The position numbers and the translations under genes were made by a program. The notes beneath the pieces were generated by a model, which saw only the letters and a program-made list of their open reading frames with translations, was not told the DNA's origin and did no database searches. From Veleropilina oligotropha (lineage: Eukaryota), in NCBI GenBank assembly GCA_048128005.1, contig JBEUKZ010000054.1, positions 806,001 to 870,000 of the forward strand: a stretch of 64,000 nt of DNA, in the 5' to 3' direction. Shown here in pieces: positions 1 through 12,446 of this stretch. Position 1 is the stretch's first letter, and the number at the start of each line of letters is the position of its first letter.

Positions 1-1012
1 AGAATGAACCGATTTCATTTATATTTGGTGGATAGATACCTTTGGGCATACCGCCAACACCAGTCGATTGTGGTGACCTTGACCTCATTGTCAAGGTCAC
101 AGGGTGCACTTGACCATTTCCGTCATTCAATTGTTGTTAGCATGATATCTCAAGACAGAGTGAACCAAGTTCATTTATATTTGGTGGATGGATACCTTTG
201 GGGATACCGCCGACACCAGTAGATTATGGTGACCTTGACCACGTTTTCAAGGTCACAGGGTACAGTGTACTCTTTTGCTCAATCAATTGTTGTTAGCGCG
301 ATATCTCAAGACAGAATGAACCGATTTCATTTAAATGTGGTGAATAGGTACCTTTTGGGATACCACTGACACCAGTCAATTGTGGAGACCTTGACCTCAT
401 TTTCAAGGTCACAGGGTGCGCTTGACTATTTTGCTCATTCAATTGTTATTACATGTAGCGTGATATCTCAAGACAGAATGAACCATTTTCCTTTATATTA
501 GGTCGATGGATGCATTGGGGGATACCGCCGACCCCAGTCGATTATGGTCACCTTCACCTCACTACAATTTTGCTCATTCAGTTGTTGTTAGCACGATATC
601 TCGAGACAGAATAAACCGATTTAATTTATATTTGGAGGATAGATGCATTTGGGAATAGCGCCGACCCCAGACGATTATGGTGACATTGACCTCTTATTCA
701 AGGTCACAGGTTTTTTTTATCGTGATATCTCGAAGCGAAATTAACCGAATTCATTTATATGTGGTGGATAGATGCATTGAGGGATACTGCCGACCCCAGT
801 CCATTATGGTGAGCTTGACCTCATTTTCAAGGTCACAGGATGCATTTTACTCTTTTGCTCATTGACAGTTGTTGTTAGCGTGATATCTCAATAGATCCCA
901 TTTCGCCTGTCACAGGATGCTCGTTACTGATACATTCATTTTGGCATCATAGATGTGCTCAATAACATAAGCGGGGGACTATTGCCACTTTAGTGGCAAA
1001 CACTTTTTGTTA
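1..1012 (+). mobile_element. 3' part of a Helentron-associated non-autonomous element (HINE/DINE-1-like) with ~156-bp internal tandem core repeats
   Basis: About 6 diverged ~156-bp units containing GACCTTGACCTCATTTTCAAGGTCACAGG; ends with GCGGGGGA, hairpin TTGCCACT-tt-AGTGGCAA (982-999) and TTGTT, the usual HINE 3' layout. Confidence 0.6.
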
Positions 1013-1340
1013 GTTGAAATCTTGTTTAACTGAACGCAAATGAAAAGACAAACAGAAATATGTTTGGTATGCAAACACCGTTATCGATGTCATTCGGTCG
1101 CTGTCAAGATGAGCGATAATGCATGAACACACCCGCCTTATTGGTTTGAAATCGTTGCTATAATGTTACCGATACATAAATGCCATATTATATATATTAT
1201 AGTTCTGTCGATAATCTAAGAGCACGTATGACCTTTAAATTAATCATCTTGCAAAATTCCACACATCAAAAGTCCTTTTACAGTAAATCACAAATGTTTT
1301 TATGACTTTAATAAATGATAATTAATCAATATGGATTAGT

Positions 1341-1840
1341 GGCCACTCTGACAGTGGTGTGACCGTCCTCGATAGCTCAACTGGTTAGAGCGTCGGAAAA
1401 ACGTTATGTGGGACGGTAGGATGTGGGTTCAAGCTCGCTCCGGCCTGGGTTATTCTAAGGCATACAACTAATAGATGGCATATCCCTAATGTATGTCGGT
1501 CAGATCGGAGTGAGACCTTAAACCGGGTGTCCCGACCACGTTAAGGCTGAAAAATTGCCGAAGGGGTCGTAAAACAAAGTTCTCAACTCAACTGACAGTG
1601 GTGTGGTTTCGGTTGCAGACTCTGAAATGACTGGCTTGATTCCGCTGACACCTCTAGTAGTGGGTTTGAATCTCAGTTGGGACATTGGCATTATTTGTTC
1701 ATGTATGCAGAACTTTATGAATCACAGTTGTCTGTTATTGGTCTGAGAGGGCAGGTTTCCCGGGCGACCGAGCTTTCCTTCCACGATAATATGGACATAT
1801 GGTCATAGCTGCTTTGAACTCGATGGTTGTGAATACAGAC
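1341..1840 (+). mobile_element. Diverged tRNA-derived SINE (family B), interrupted by a family A SINE
   Basis: Aligns by eye to the copies at 11096-11355, 27699-28760 and 43167-43408 (GGCC start, CTGGCTTGATTCC, GTAGTGGGTT.GAA B-box, ATGAATCACAGTTGTC, GGGCAGGTTTCCCGGGCGACC). Confidence 0.7.
1362..1591 (+). mobile_element. tRNA-derived SINE (family A) with 14-bp TSD
   Basis: A-box TAGCTCAACTGG, B-box GGTTCAAGC, (CAACT)n tail; flanked by direct repeat CTGACAGTGGTGTG at 1348-1361 and 1592-1605. Confidence 0.8.
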
Positions 1841-2372
1841 CTGTCAACATTAGAAAATGCCAAAGAGGGAGATTTCTTCGGCGACACTATATATACACAT
1901 AAATATATTGTGCGTTCGACATCTTAGCCTCGATTACCAGTATTATAATTCAATTTTGTAGCCTAACTATTTATTTTTCTGTTGTTTGTCAACATGATTT
2001 TTACTGATTAATAAAAAGATTATTGAGAGATCTGGGTGGCATTTTTGTGAATAGATTGTTTTTGGCTAAGAATCAATTGATTAGATATTGGTGGTGATCG
2101 GGAATTGATGTCAGTGCAGCCATGGCGGGGCCTGCGTTGTCCGCGAGCTTTCTATTCTCACTGTAATGGCGGTGCATGGTCACTTACTCAACATTTCCAC
2201 CATACCTATATATATATTATATGCCGTCGTCGCGTAGTAGTGGAACACAGGCCTCTCGATGCAGTGGTTTAATTTGCGGTCAAACTCCGGTCATGGCAAA
2301 TTCTCATTGAAAGAAATTTCCAAAATTATACAGCAGGTGTATATATACGTTTACATAGTCTTGTTCTTCCAG

Positions 2373-2484
2373 ATATCGTGGACTCTCAAACGTGCAACTG
2401 CACCGCTCCTGATTGTGCCGTCAACTGTGCTGCAGGCGAATATCACGACACCGGCACCTGTCTGCCATGCACTGCGGGATACTA
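2373..2484 (+). CDS. Exon 1 (first visible) of a giant Cys-rich GCC2/GCC3 (Ephrin_rec_like)-repeat protein
   Basis: ttcttccag|...|gtgagt; reads (D)IVDSQTCNCTAPDCAVNCAAGEYHDTGTCLPCTAGY(Y); its phase-2 end joins exon 2. Confidence 0.8.
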
Positions 2485-2676
2485 GTGAGTAGTTCTGATT
2501 TGTTTTAAATAAAACACCCAACGACAACTCAGATTTAGGATGCTTAACTGCTAGTCTATAGTTTTTAATGTATCTTATTAATATTTGTTAACAAATATAA
2601 AGTATTATGCATTCGTTTTGATTAATAGACCACCATACTTCATGCATTTACCAGTATACCATATACATTTTTCAGC

Positions 2677-2834
2677 CTTATTACGGTCAGGACACCTGGT
2701 TTATGGTCTCACTCTGAATGAGTCTGATCTTATTACGGTCAGGACACCTGGTTTATGGTCTCACTCTGAATGAGTCTGATCTTATTACGGTCAGGACACC
2801 TGGTTTATGGTCTCACTCTGAATGAGTCTGATCT
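2677..2834. repeat. 52-bp tandem repeat x3, derived from a minus-strand family A-like SINE body
   Basis: Units start at 2677, 2729, 2781; reverse complement matches 1489-1556 (GAGTGAGACC.TAAACC.GGTGTCC.GACC...TAAGGCTGAAAAAT). Confidence 0.85.
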
Positions 2835-2851
2835 GACCAACATATAGGCTC

Positions 2852-3890
2852 AGTAAGGTGTGCGGCGTGCAAACCACTCATCCACCGAGCCCACTCGTAG
2901 TAAGGTGTGCGGCACACAAACCACTCATCCACCGAGCCCACTCGTAGTAAGGTGTGCGGCACACAAACCACTCATCCACCGAGCCCACTCGTAGTAAGGT
3001 GTGCGGCACACAAACCACTCATCCACCGAGCCCACTCGTAGTAAGGTGTGCGGTACGCAAACCACTCATCCACTGAGCCCACTCGTAGTAAGGTGTGCGG
3101 CACACAAACCACTCATCCACCGAGCCCACTCGTAGTAAGGTGTGCGGCACACAAACCACTCATCCACCGAGCCCACTCGTAGTAAGGTGTGCGGTACGCA
3201 AACCACTCATCCACCGAGCCCACTCGTAGTAAGGTGTGCGGCACGCAAACCACTCATCCACCGAGCCCACTCGTAGTAAGGTGTGCGGCACACAAACCAC
3301 TCATCCACCGAGCCCACTCGTAGTAAGGTGTACGGCGTGCACACCACTCATCCACCGAGCCCACTCGTAGTAAGGTGTACGGCACGCAAACCACTCATCC
3401 ACCGAGCCCACTCGTAGTAAGGTGTACGGCACGCAAACCACTCATCCACCGAGCCCACTCGTAGTAAGGTGTGCGGCACGCAAACCACTCATCCACCGAG
3501 CCCACTCGTAGTAAGGTGTACGGCGTGCACACCACTCATCCACCGAGCCCACTCGTAGTAAGGTGTACGGCACGCAAACCACTCATCCACCGAGCCCACT
3601 CGTAGTAAGGTGTACGGCACGCAAACCACTCATCCACCGAGCCCACTCGTAGTAAGGTGTGCGGCACGCAAACCACTCATCCACCGAGCCCACTCGTAGT
3701 AAGGTGTACGGCGTGCACACCACTCATCCACCGAGCCCACTCGTAGTAAGGTGTGCGGCACGCACACCACTCATCCACCGAGCCCACTCGTAGTAAGGTG
3801 TGCGGCACGCACACCACTCATCCACCGAGCCCACTCGTAGTAAGGTGTGCGGCACGCAAACCACTCATCCACCGAGCCCACTTGTAGTAA
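2852..3890. repeat. 47-bp minisatellite, ~22 copies
   Basis: Unit GTAAGGTGTGCGGCACGCAAACCACTCATCCACCGAGCCCACTCGTA, period 47. Confidence 0.95.
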
Positions 3891-5193
3891 TGAGTATAAA
3901 ATACATATAAATATATTATGTATAACATTTTTGCATCTGTTTGTCTCCCTGGTAATGTTATGATCCAAAATCTTCTGCAATGGACAAGTACTGTGCTGAG
4001 CCCAAAAAGGAATTATGAACAGATTTAGATCAAATTCTGGCTCATCTGATTGGATGAAATAAAATATGCGTCCAATATATGTCAAATGTAAAAGTGTCAC
4101 ATCCTTGCGCAGTCATATTATATCAAATGTAAATAACACCCCATACATGCGCAGCCGAATGTATAAGTGTCACATCTCAGCACAGTCATATTATATCAAA
4201 TGTAAATAACATAAATGCGCAGCCGAATGTAAGAGTGTCACACTCTGCACAATCGCAATACATTTCTTCTATATCATGTACGGTATATTGGCTTCCACTT
4301 ACTGTACATACATTGATCATATTTAGTTAAAATTCTAAATCATTGAATACTCAACATTTCCATAATTGTTCTTGAAAGGAATGAAATACTTGAAAGTATT
4401 ATGTAAAGAAATATTCAATTTAAATGATTGCACAATATGCAATATCAAGTACATGTATGAGGGTTGATCTCATCGCTACCATCACTGACCATGCTGGCAA
4501 CAAATATTTGTGATGTTGGTTTGATATTTCTAGAAGACACTGCAATGCATACTTTTTCGAATACCAAAATTGAAGTACTAAATTAACGATTGACCAATGT
4601 CAACAGAAACATGATATCTTTCTGAATGGCCTAAATGGTTCACCAATAAAGAGGGTGTGGACTCAATGTTGTGTACGTGCTTATATTTGATATCGTACAT
4701 GTGCGTTCTTTTATAATCAGTGGCTAAACTCGATCAATCAGCGAATAGGCAAATAATGTGACCTCGACAACACAAGACCTCAGTACATAACACTAATGCA
4801 TGCAGTAAAGGAGTATGCCATATGAACATCATACAAAAGCAATATACATTGGGTTTATCGTTGTACGTCAATGTCACCATGATTTCAGTTTCCAGGTCAT
4901 GGTAATTGTTAGCAGATAGACAATCTGTGGCACAGTCTGATAAGTTTGTTGTCCAAATCAAAGGTCAGGGGTTCTATCCGCACTCTGAATCTCTGTGCTT
5001 AACCATTATTTGTCAAAAAGCAGTTCCATTGTTGAAACATTCCATATTACCTGAGTGTGACAATTATCTCTTGTTTCTGTAAAAATGTGTAATATAATAT
5101 AATTATTATAAAATATGCAAGCACAATAATTAAAAATTCCAAAGATTGAAGAAAACATGACTCTTAGATTTCTTCAATTTCATATATCATAAT

Positions 5194-6022
5194 CAGGGTT
5201 TCACATGTTTTTGGGTAGACTTATTTGCGACCGTAGGTTAATAGGTACGAAGAAAATTTATATTTTCCTCACTGTGAGTGTGAAACAGCCTCTCCTGATA
5301 TCTGAGAAGATAACACAGGACCACACGTAACTTCATAATTGTCGTCAGAACACATTTATTTAATGACTAATAAAGCTCTCCTTTCAATAGTCTACTGCCG
5401 AAAATCATTTCAATGTAACTTCCGGGCGACATTTTATCGACACGTGATGACGTCCTGTAGAAACCTCGCATCCGCAAGTTTATGTAATTGCATTATGTAT
5501 TGCATTATTTTGGCCAAAGTCAGAATAATTTCACTTATTTAGTAAAGCGTGTGTTATGAATATAGTCATTTAATAATATTCAACATTGCAAATATTCGTT
5601 CTGCCTGGATCCTTGCTCGTGTAACCTCGCCTGGCACGTCATCTTCGGGTTATGCAAAATAGCTAGCATTTTCCGTTTTGGCGACTCTTGATTGGTTATC
5701 TATGCAAACTCAGGTCAAATACGGATTACATTTTACTTTTGGCTATGTAAATGATGAGAGATTTTCCATTTCAATAAATAGAACAATACGTAGAATTCTG
5801 CGGTGGGCTTTTGCCGCTGTATCATTAGCATACGACAGTGACCTAGATATCATACGACTCAAATCTGCTTTCTTTGAAGAAATACATTCTTATCCATACT
5901 GTTTACCTCAAAGGTAATGCATATGTATATATATATAAACTATTTTGGATAATATGTATCCCTATCCTCTTCTTTTTGTGGGTATGTAGTTTTACCCTTT
6001 TACCCGCCTGGCGGAAACCCTG
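5194..6022. mobile_element. Non-autonomous hAT-like DNA transposon with 5-bp TSD
   Basis: Termini CAGGGTTTC...GAAACCCTG; ATAAT on both sides (5189-5193, 6023-6027). Confidence 0.55.
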
Positions 6023-7351
6023 ATAATGTGATTACAGAAATGTAATCAATGCGAATTATTATATTTTACACTACTGCAATTTGAATTTGTAAGAATATGA
6101 CATACATGTGTATATGGGGTCTTTCAGATCAGGGCTTTGCAATGTATAAGCTTCCTGTTCAACTCTTCCTAGATCATTTTCTATTGAGAAGCGTTGCATT
6201 GGTCCGTGGGTAAATGTTGAAGTCATCATATTATAGGTGGGCCTCAATAACACATTAAATCAGCTTTATGACTGAATGAAGAGTACATCACTTCACCTTA
6301 TTTTAAACTGCTTTCACATAATATATACTGACTGTACTACATGTATTAGGCTTAATGCTATTCAACAACAGATAACTCATCTTATTAATACATACATGTA
6401 CAATAATTTTTTTAAGTTGTATAGCTGTTGGAAACATGTTAATATTTTCCTTGATTGGTGAAAGTTGAATCTGCACTGTTTCAGCGCATATCTGGACACT
6501 GTTAAATTTCCATACGAGAAAGTTTGAAGTACATGTAGTTATAACCATTTAGAGTGATATATACATTTATTACCATTCCTCTTTTTTTGGTCTCGTACAC
6601 GTATCATAATTCATTGTACCATATTGCTTAATGTAAGTTGCAAGTGGACGAGTCATACCGGATATATCTTGATCATGATCGTATAAATCTTGACTAGCCA
6701 GTTTTTTGTGGCGAGGTCAGTCAATATCGCAGTATGAGTTTGATGGTTCAGGATTTGTTATACGAGTTTTGCCTCCTGCAACGCTCAATTGTTCTTTTGA
6801 CCGGACACAATTATTTAATCATCCAGTCAAATTGTATGTCAGTCATGTGTACCTCACGCAATGTTTATTTGTACTTCATTTGTGCAACAAATTCTTGTGG
6901 AGATGTTATTGTCAAACTGTCAAATGCAGAACATTAAAAACTTGACAATATCAGTCATAGTCATTATCAGGGTCCTGAAGGTGATCTCATTTTTGTCTCG
7001 CTCTGAAGGAAATCGAGACTAATTTAAATTTTAAGGATTATTTATTCGAGTGTTGTCGGCATGTCATTTTTTAAAATGTTTTTCATTAAGTGTATATGGT
7101 TTTCTAAAGTGGTTATTTGGATGCCACTTGGTAGTACTCTGGAATTGGTAGTTTTGAAATTGGAAATTTCAGTTCAAGTTTTTCAGTGATAGCATATGAG
7201 TTGTTCAGGGCATTTTTCGAATACATTCATATAGGGGAGAAATATAACATACTGTGGTACCTGTATTTTCATCTCACCTGATTGAAGCTCTTTCAAGTCT
7301 GTTTGTCAATTGTCCACTGATAAATTGAAAAGTGGTCGATGTTGTGACCAT

Positions 7352-9351
7352 TATTACCTTCGCCCACGTCGCGGTGGCAGAAGGTATTGCAATCGGGTCG
7401 GTTTGTCTGTTTGTCTGGCTGTGTGTCTGTCCACGAGCATATCTCAGCGATGATCCGATCAACTCAGTTTTTGCAGATGAGATAGGGCCCACGATATCCT
7501 CAGTCCTCCTCTAAGATGATCCGAATTGGAAAGCGGTTACCAATTTTATGATGCAATTTCTTAATTTTTAAGACTTCCCTATCTGCTTTCTGTGAAACAA
7601 ATACATTGTGTTTACTTGGCTGCCAGTAATGTCACACGAGCTGACCTCGCTGTGGTGGCTTTTGTTTTGATAAGATGAGTGTGCATTGCGACATGGTATT
7701 GATACCATACAGAGACCGTGATAAAGGAATGTCATCGGAGCTGCTTGTTATTTTAACTGTCATTGATCTTTTCACACATATTTACCAGATTTCGTGTCCA
7801 ATGGCAAACAGTAGCGACTGCCTTTATTTGTGTTTCCTTCCATATTTGCATGCATACACATATATATATTATATTAAATACCCTGCCATTGCTTTTATTA
7901 AACAAACCACTGATCTACATGAAGATTTACTGTCGCCTGACAAAGAGTAGCGATTGCCTTAATTTATTCAATGGTTTCAATTCATCTTTTATTTTTTGTA
8001 ATACATAATGATACCCTACATCCCTCCTTTCCTTTAAAGAGAGTCGTTCGGGTGACCATCTGGTCTCGAGTGGCGACTCTGAAGTCACAGTTGTACCTAA
8101 CTGTTCGGAGAGAGCGGCGAAGGTTTGCTATCGCGAGATTGTCTTGTTACCCGTTTCATCAATAATGAAGATCTATATAAAAACACATTTATTTTCACCG
8201 TTTTCGGATTCAAGATGGATACCCTGGTGGCAATTTTTTTCAATGAAGCGATTTCTTGTGCGCGCTCTACAGTGAAAAGTTCTAATCCGATGTGATTCAA
8301 ATTTGGTATACATGTTAGTTGTAATGAGGACACGCCGCCTAACAATTTTCATCGTTTTCGGGTACAAGATAGCTGCCCTGGCGGCCATTTCATTTCAAGC
8401 GGTTTCTTGTGCCACGTACAGTCAAAATTAAGTTCTAATCTGATTTGATTTAAATTAGGTATGCACGTTAGTCGCCTAACAATTTTCGTTGTTTTCGGAT
8501 TGCAGATGGCCACGTACCTTGGGAGGGGATACACCCCCTCGACTTGATGTACCTTGGGAGGGGATACACCCCCTCGACTTGATGTACCTTGGGAGGGGAT
8601 ACACCCCCTCGACTTGATGTACCTTGGGAGGGGATACACCCCGCTCCACTTGATGTACCTTGGGAGGGGATACACCCCCTCCACTTGATGTACCTTGGGA
8701 GGGGATACACCCCCTCCACTTGATGTACCTTGGGAGGGGATACACCCCCTCCACTTGATGTACCTTGGGAGGGGATACACCCCCTCCACTTGATGTACCT
8801 TGGGAGGGGATACACCCCGCTCCACTTGATGTACCTTGGGAGGGGATACACCCCGCTCCACTTGATGTACCTTGGGAGGGGATACACCCCGCTCCACTTG
8901 ATGTACCTTGGGAGGGGATACACCCCGCTCCACTTGATGTACCTTGGGAGGGGATACACCCCGCTCCACTTGATGTACCTTGGGAGGGGATACACCCCCT
9001 CCACTTGATGTACCTTGGGAGGGGATACACCCCGCTCCACTTGATGTACCTTGGGAGGGGATACACCCCGCTCCACTTGATGTACCTTGGGAGGGGATAC
9101 ACCCCGCTCCACTTGATGTACCTTGGGAGGGGATACACCCCGCTCCACTTGATGTACCTTGGGAGGGGATACACCCCCTCCACTTGATGTACCTTGGGAG
9201 GGGATACACCCCGCTCCACTTGATGTACCTTGGGAGGGGATACACCCCCTCCACTTGATGTACCTTGGGAGGGGATACACCCCGCTCCACTTGATGTACC
9301 TTGGGAGGGGATACACCCCGCTCCACTTGCAGAGTCGAGGATTTTCTAGTT
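7352..9351 (+). mobile_element. HINE/DINE-1-like Helentron-associated element
   Basis: 5' TACCTTCGCC...GGCAGAAGGTA inverted repeat followed by a (TGTC/TGTT)n microsatellite; internal duplicated cores; 3' hairpin arms CCTCGACT / AGTCGAGG and TTCTAGTT end. Confidence 0.55.
8514..9328. repeat. 35/36-bp minisatellite, ~23 copies
   Basis: Unit GTACCTTGGGAGGGGATACACCCC(G)CTCCACTTGAT; source of the repetitive ORFs at 8349-9398. Confidence 0.95.
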
Positions 9352-10229
9352 CATACTATTTTGTTATTTATAACTATTTTCTAACAGTTAAGTACTAGTT
9401 AGTACATATTGCCAAGGTAATTTACAATGTGTGAAGTTCTTCCTGTTTCGTGTGTGACTTGACTTTTAAGAGTAGACAATAAAGTCTATCATGACACTGT
9501 CAAAGTTAGAACCATTTCTGCGAAATCAATAAAAAGTACACGCAGTCAATGACGTTTTGTTGTAAGTTAATTCCTGGTACAAAAGCGACAACATGTTTCG
9601 GTCGCATCCTTTATATGCCTTAACAATGATGTTGATTCTTCGTGACCGTTTTATGGGAGTGTAACGCGCCGCCATCGACTGGCCATGCTTTATGCTAGTG
9701 AATAATGAATGAATGGCCATGGTTCAGCTAACATGCAAGTCTGATCAATCGAGGCCAGGATCAATATAAAAAAGCAATCAGGTGTAGGTTTACAATTTCA
9801 GTATACATAAACATACAATCATAGCCATGATGATATATTGCTTATTATTATCAGGGGGATTATGTATCAACATTATTATTTATAGCACCTGTTAACCGAT
9901 ATCATTATAATCAATGAAATCCATGCAACATATTAACCTGATATATAATGTGTTTAATAGGAGTGACAGTAAAACAAATATGTGACTTAAATGTTTATAT
10001 GTTGAAAAGTTACAGACTGTCATTATATTAATTAGTGGAGCCGAGAAGTGATGTAATAGATTATACTATAACATACGTGTTTTCTGTGCTTGTCCACAAT
10101 ATGGCTCTTTTGTAACTCAAAATTGCAATAACTAAAAAAACTGTAGTCTTCAAATCTGGTAGAATTAGCCCAGGGACAAATACCTAAGTTGCTTATGGCA
10201 TGTATGGTGGCTTTGTGTGATCAATTGTC

Positions 10230-10485
10230 AATAATAATGTGAAGATTTATCTGCGCTTTCCCTCTGAGAGTATTACGGTCAAGTACATGCCTGTTAGGCG
10301 CTTGACCAGTCATTCTGACATATTCTGCCACTGCAAACCAGGTACCCATTTAGATCTCGGATCGGCTGGGTGAACCGAGGCAATATATGCTTAATTCCTT
10401 GCCCAAGGGAAGTCGCCGGGATCGGGGTTGAACCCCAAACCTCTCGAATGAGAGGCCAGTGCATCTACCACTACCACGGCTGCTA
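10230..10485 (-). mobile_element. CORE-type tRNA SINE (family C)
   Basis: Minus strand has a tRNA-like head (GGGGTTCAACCCC B-box) followed by CCTTGGGCAAG...TGCCTCGG...AAATGGGTACCTGG, a CORE-like motif; second copy at 54622-54945. Confidence 0.6.
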
Positions 10486-11095
10486 TTTGTGGAACCCAGT
10501 CAAATATTTTCACCAAATGTGTTAAACATATAATGAAATCTTGGTAACGTCATGTACATACATGTTTGAGATGCATAATGTTAGTGTAATTATGTTGACC
10601 GTGAAAATGTCAAATTCACAAAATTCTAATAAAATCTACTATTATCGTCTTGATCGATAAACTTCAATTTTTGTTAGTGTTAAAGTTTGTGCACATTGTG
10701 TCAAAGGCTCCACAACTCAACTGTGCATGACTCTGGTTCTCTTGTTTACACACTGGTGATTCAGGTAATAATTATATTTGGTTGACGTGCTGTATCGTAG
10801 CTCGATCATATTAATGTGACTGCATGTGATCGCCGTGGCATTTCCTGATGCTAAAAACTGACAAATTGTTAACATGCCCATAATGCATAATTTCGCCAAT
10901 TGCTCCAGCCACCATAAGATGCACTTGAACTCTTAATTAACTTACATACGTGAATGTAACATTTCTAGATTTCATGATTGTGACTTTTAGCCACTTTGTT
11001 TATTTGAGATTCGTAATCTTGATGACTTATAACTCACTATTTGAAGACTCGCTGCCTGCACACAGTTGGTACCTGGAAAACCTGTAAATTGAAGG

Positions 11096-11355
11096 AAGGA
11101 AGGAATGATGCTTAATGTCCTGTATATTTACAACATCGAGGTTCAAGGCAGGACATGTCCGTGTTATCGCGGGAGGAAACCCCGGTCGCCCGGGTAAACC
11201 TGCCCTCTTCGGCCAGTCACGGACAACTGTGATTCATAACTTGAACAAATTTCAATGCCTCAACCAGGTATTGAACCCACTACTGTTCGCATTAGTGGAA
11301 TCAAGCCAGTGAATTTAGAGTGGATACTCTTACCCACTGCGCTGCCGAAGCGGCC
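11096..11355 (-). mobile_element. Full-length SINE family B with TSD and (TTCC)n tail
   Basis: Minus strand GGCCGCTTCGGCAGCGCAGTGGGTAAGAG...GGGTTCAATACC...CATTCCTTCCTTCC; direct repeat CTGTAAATTGAAGG at 11082-11095 and 11356-11369. Confidence 0.85.
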
Positions 11356-12335
11356 CTGTAAATTGAAGGGCATGCGTTATTGCCTCCATTATAAAAGTGA
11401 ATGTGTTTTGTTGTACTGCAATCTGTACTGCAGTTGTATGGAGAACACCCAGAGTAAACATAAGGTACTGTGGTTGATTAAATAAAGTGACTGGCAAATA
11501 TTAATGTCGTAGATAATTTCTGGATTTTTAATGGTATTCGTATTAATGTAGAATCCTATTCATGCAGCTAAAGTGAACATATTTTTCTCAAATTTATTTT
11601 TGTATATTGATAATATACTTTTGCAACAGCGATCCTATTATCTTATTAGCAGAACTTTGTTATTTTAATGAGATCAGCTGTAGAACTTTTTGTATTCAGG
11701 TTAAGAAAAGATGTTGAAATTGTTTATGCAATGTTAAGTGATAAAAATCCCATTGGAAATATATGTATGGATCTGCAAGTATTGGAAACAGACTTAATTT
11801 AGGGGTGCACATGGTGGTTTTAAATATTAGACTACAGTATCAAAGTTTAATTATAGGTTATACCACAAGGTTTCGTTGTCTAATCGAAAAAGTCTGCAGT
11901 TAACACCACGAGGCGTGAAGCGCCAAGTTGTTTAACTGTATGGAGTTTTCCGATTAAATAACACAAACAGAGTGATATAACCAACTTAAACCAATGCAAA
12001 AGTGTACAATAATTTAAAATACATATTATTTTAATAAGTTAATTTAATATACTCATTTTTTGTGTATAGGAAAGTAGTCCCCCGTGGTCTAACGGACAAT
12101 ATGGTCAGGTAGACCACGGGCAAAGACATAGAATGATGTCACAAAAATGGTTTAATTCTTGTTCATTCAATTTTTGGACCTCTGTCAGTTTCAAGATAGG
12201 TATGCCAAATGCAAAACATACAATATTTAATGCCATATCGGCTCATCTGCTTACTAAGTCATCAAAACAATGAAGTTATTACCAAGCAATCGCCACAGCA
12301 GGATTTGATCGAATGCGAAGTTAATCTGTATGGGG

Positions 12336-12446
12336 TAAACTACTCGATAGCGTTGAATAGTTCAGAGAATACACGACTTGTCGAGGGTCGTGAGGCCCGA
12401 GACAGGAGTGTTTTCTCTGAACTATTCAACGCTATCGAGTAGTTTA
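12336..12446. repeat. Long inverted repeat (34-bp perfect arms), probably part of a foldback/Crypton-like non-autonomous element
   Basis: TAAACTACTCGATAGCGTTGAATAGTTCAGAGAA ... TTCTCTGAACTATTCAACGCTATCGAGTAGTTTA. Confidence 0.75.

Noticed and set aside
1362..1445. tRNA gene
   Set aside because: A and B boxes continue into a SINE body with tail and TSD; no proper cloverleaf. The same applies to the other SINE heads
2122..2166. GCCATGG Kozak-like start (MAGPALSASFLFSL) as the first exon of the Cys-rich gene
   Set aside because: Ends in TAA; the only nearby GT gives phase 2, incompatible with the phase 1 needed at 2373
8349..9398. Multi-frame repetitive ORFs
   Set aside because: Artefacts of the 35/36-bp array
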